The notes under the pieces: model-generated | Seen by the model: the letters and a program-made list of their open reading frames with translations, nothing else | Told to the model about the DNA's origin: nothing | Database searches by the model: none | In this document: positions 63,863 to 64,000 of the stretch, piece after piece | Numbering within the stretch: the stretch's first letter is position 1 | Layout of the letters: every line of letters begins with the position of its first letter | Translations under genes and position numbers: made by a program | DNA from: a virus | DNA length: 64,000 bases | Strand: one strand, 5' to 3' | IMG/VR virus record: IMGVR_UViG_3300044641_002725

Positions 63863-64000
63863 ATGACAACATATAACGTATTCTGCGATTCATGTGAGGC
63901 TGAGTATTCAGTAACTCCATTAGAAGGCGGAGACAATACAATACCATCAAATTGCTCTTATTGTGGTTCAAAAATAACCGAAGAAGCAGTATCAGAAAAA
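63863..64000 (+). CDS. Small zinc-ribbon protein (3' truncated)
   Basis: SD AAGGAG; CDSC...CSYCG. Confidence 0.6.
   Translation, partial: MTTYNVFCDSCEAEYSVTPLEGGDNTIPSNCSYCGSKITEEAVSEK

Noticed and set aside
703-63971. Numerous minus-strand and alternate-frame ORFs in the ORF track
   Set aside because: They are shadows of well-supported plus-strand genes, lack SD or promoter context and show no recognisable motifs.
1-64000. tRNA genes, introns or inteins, stop-codon reassignment
   Set aside because: No cloverleaf recognised in the few intergenic gaps; gp43, gp41, nrdA/B and thyX are uninterrupted and of normal length under the standard code.

Overview
The window is the core of a lytic T4-like (Tevenvirinae-related) myovirus genome, AT-rich, with essentially all genes on the + strand. 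Gene order: end of terminase gp17, sheath gp18, two gp19 tail-tube paralogues, portal gp20, an inserted collagen/C1q fibre cassette, head genes (gp67/68/21/22/23), gp3, uvsY/uvsW, gp55, gp47/46, a putative DNA-modification locus, CobT/CobS-like VWA-AAA pair, clamp and loader (gp45/44/62), regA, hsp20, gp43, uvsX, gp41, a block of late-expressed probable capsid-internal proteins interrupted by iscU-erpA, a spanin-type lysis cassette, primase, thyX, nrdA-trx-nrdB and a secreted SNase. Lipoproteins and the IscU/ErpA sequences point to a Gram-negative, probably beta/gammaproteobacterial host (inference). The most interesting signal is a set of late genes with T4 capsid-targeting-like N-termini and/or strings of small modules separated by prohead-protease (gp21)-type Glu sites. 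These look like protease-processed polyprotein cargo that is packaged in the head and possibly injected, including a ligase-fold protein, a nucleotidyltransferase and an RNase-like module. Several candidate structured RNA leaders and promoter-overlapping inverted repeats are also visible. All family names come from motif recognition and synteny; no database search was run.
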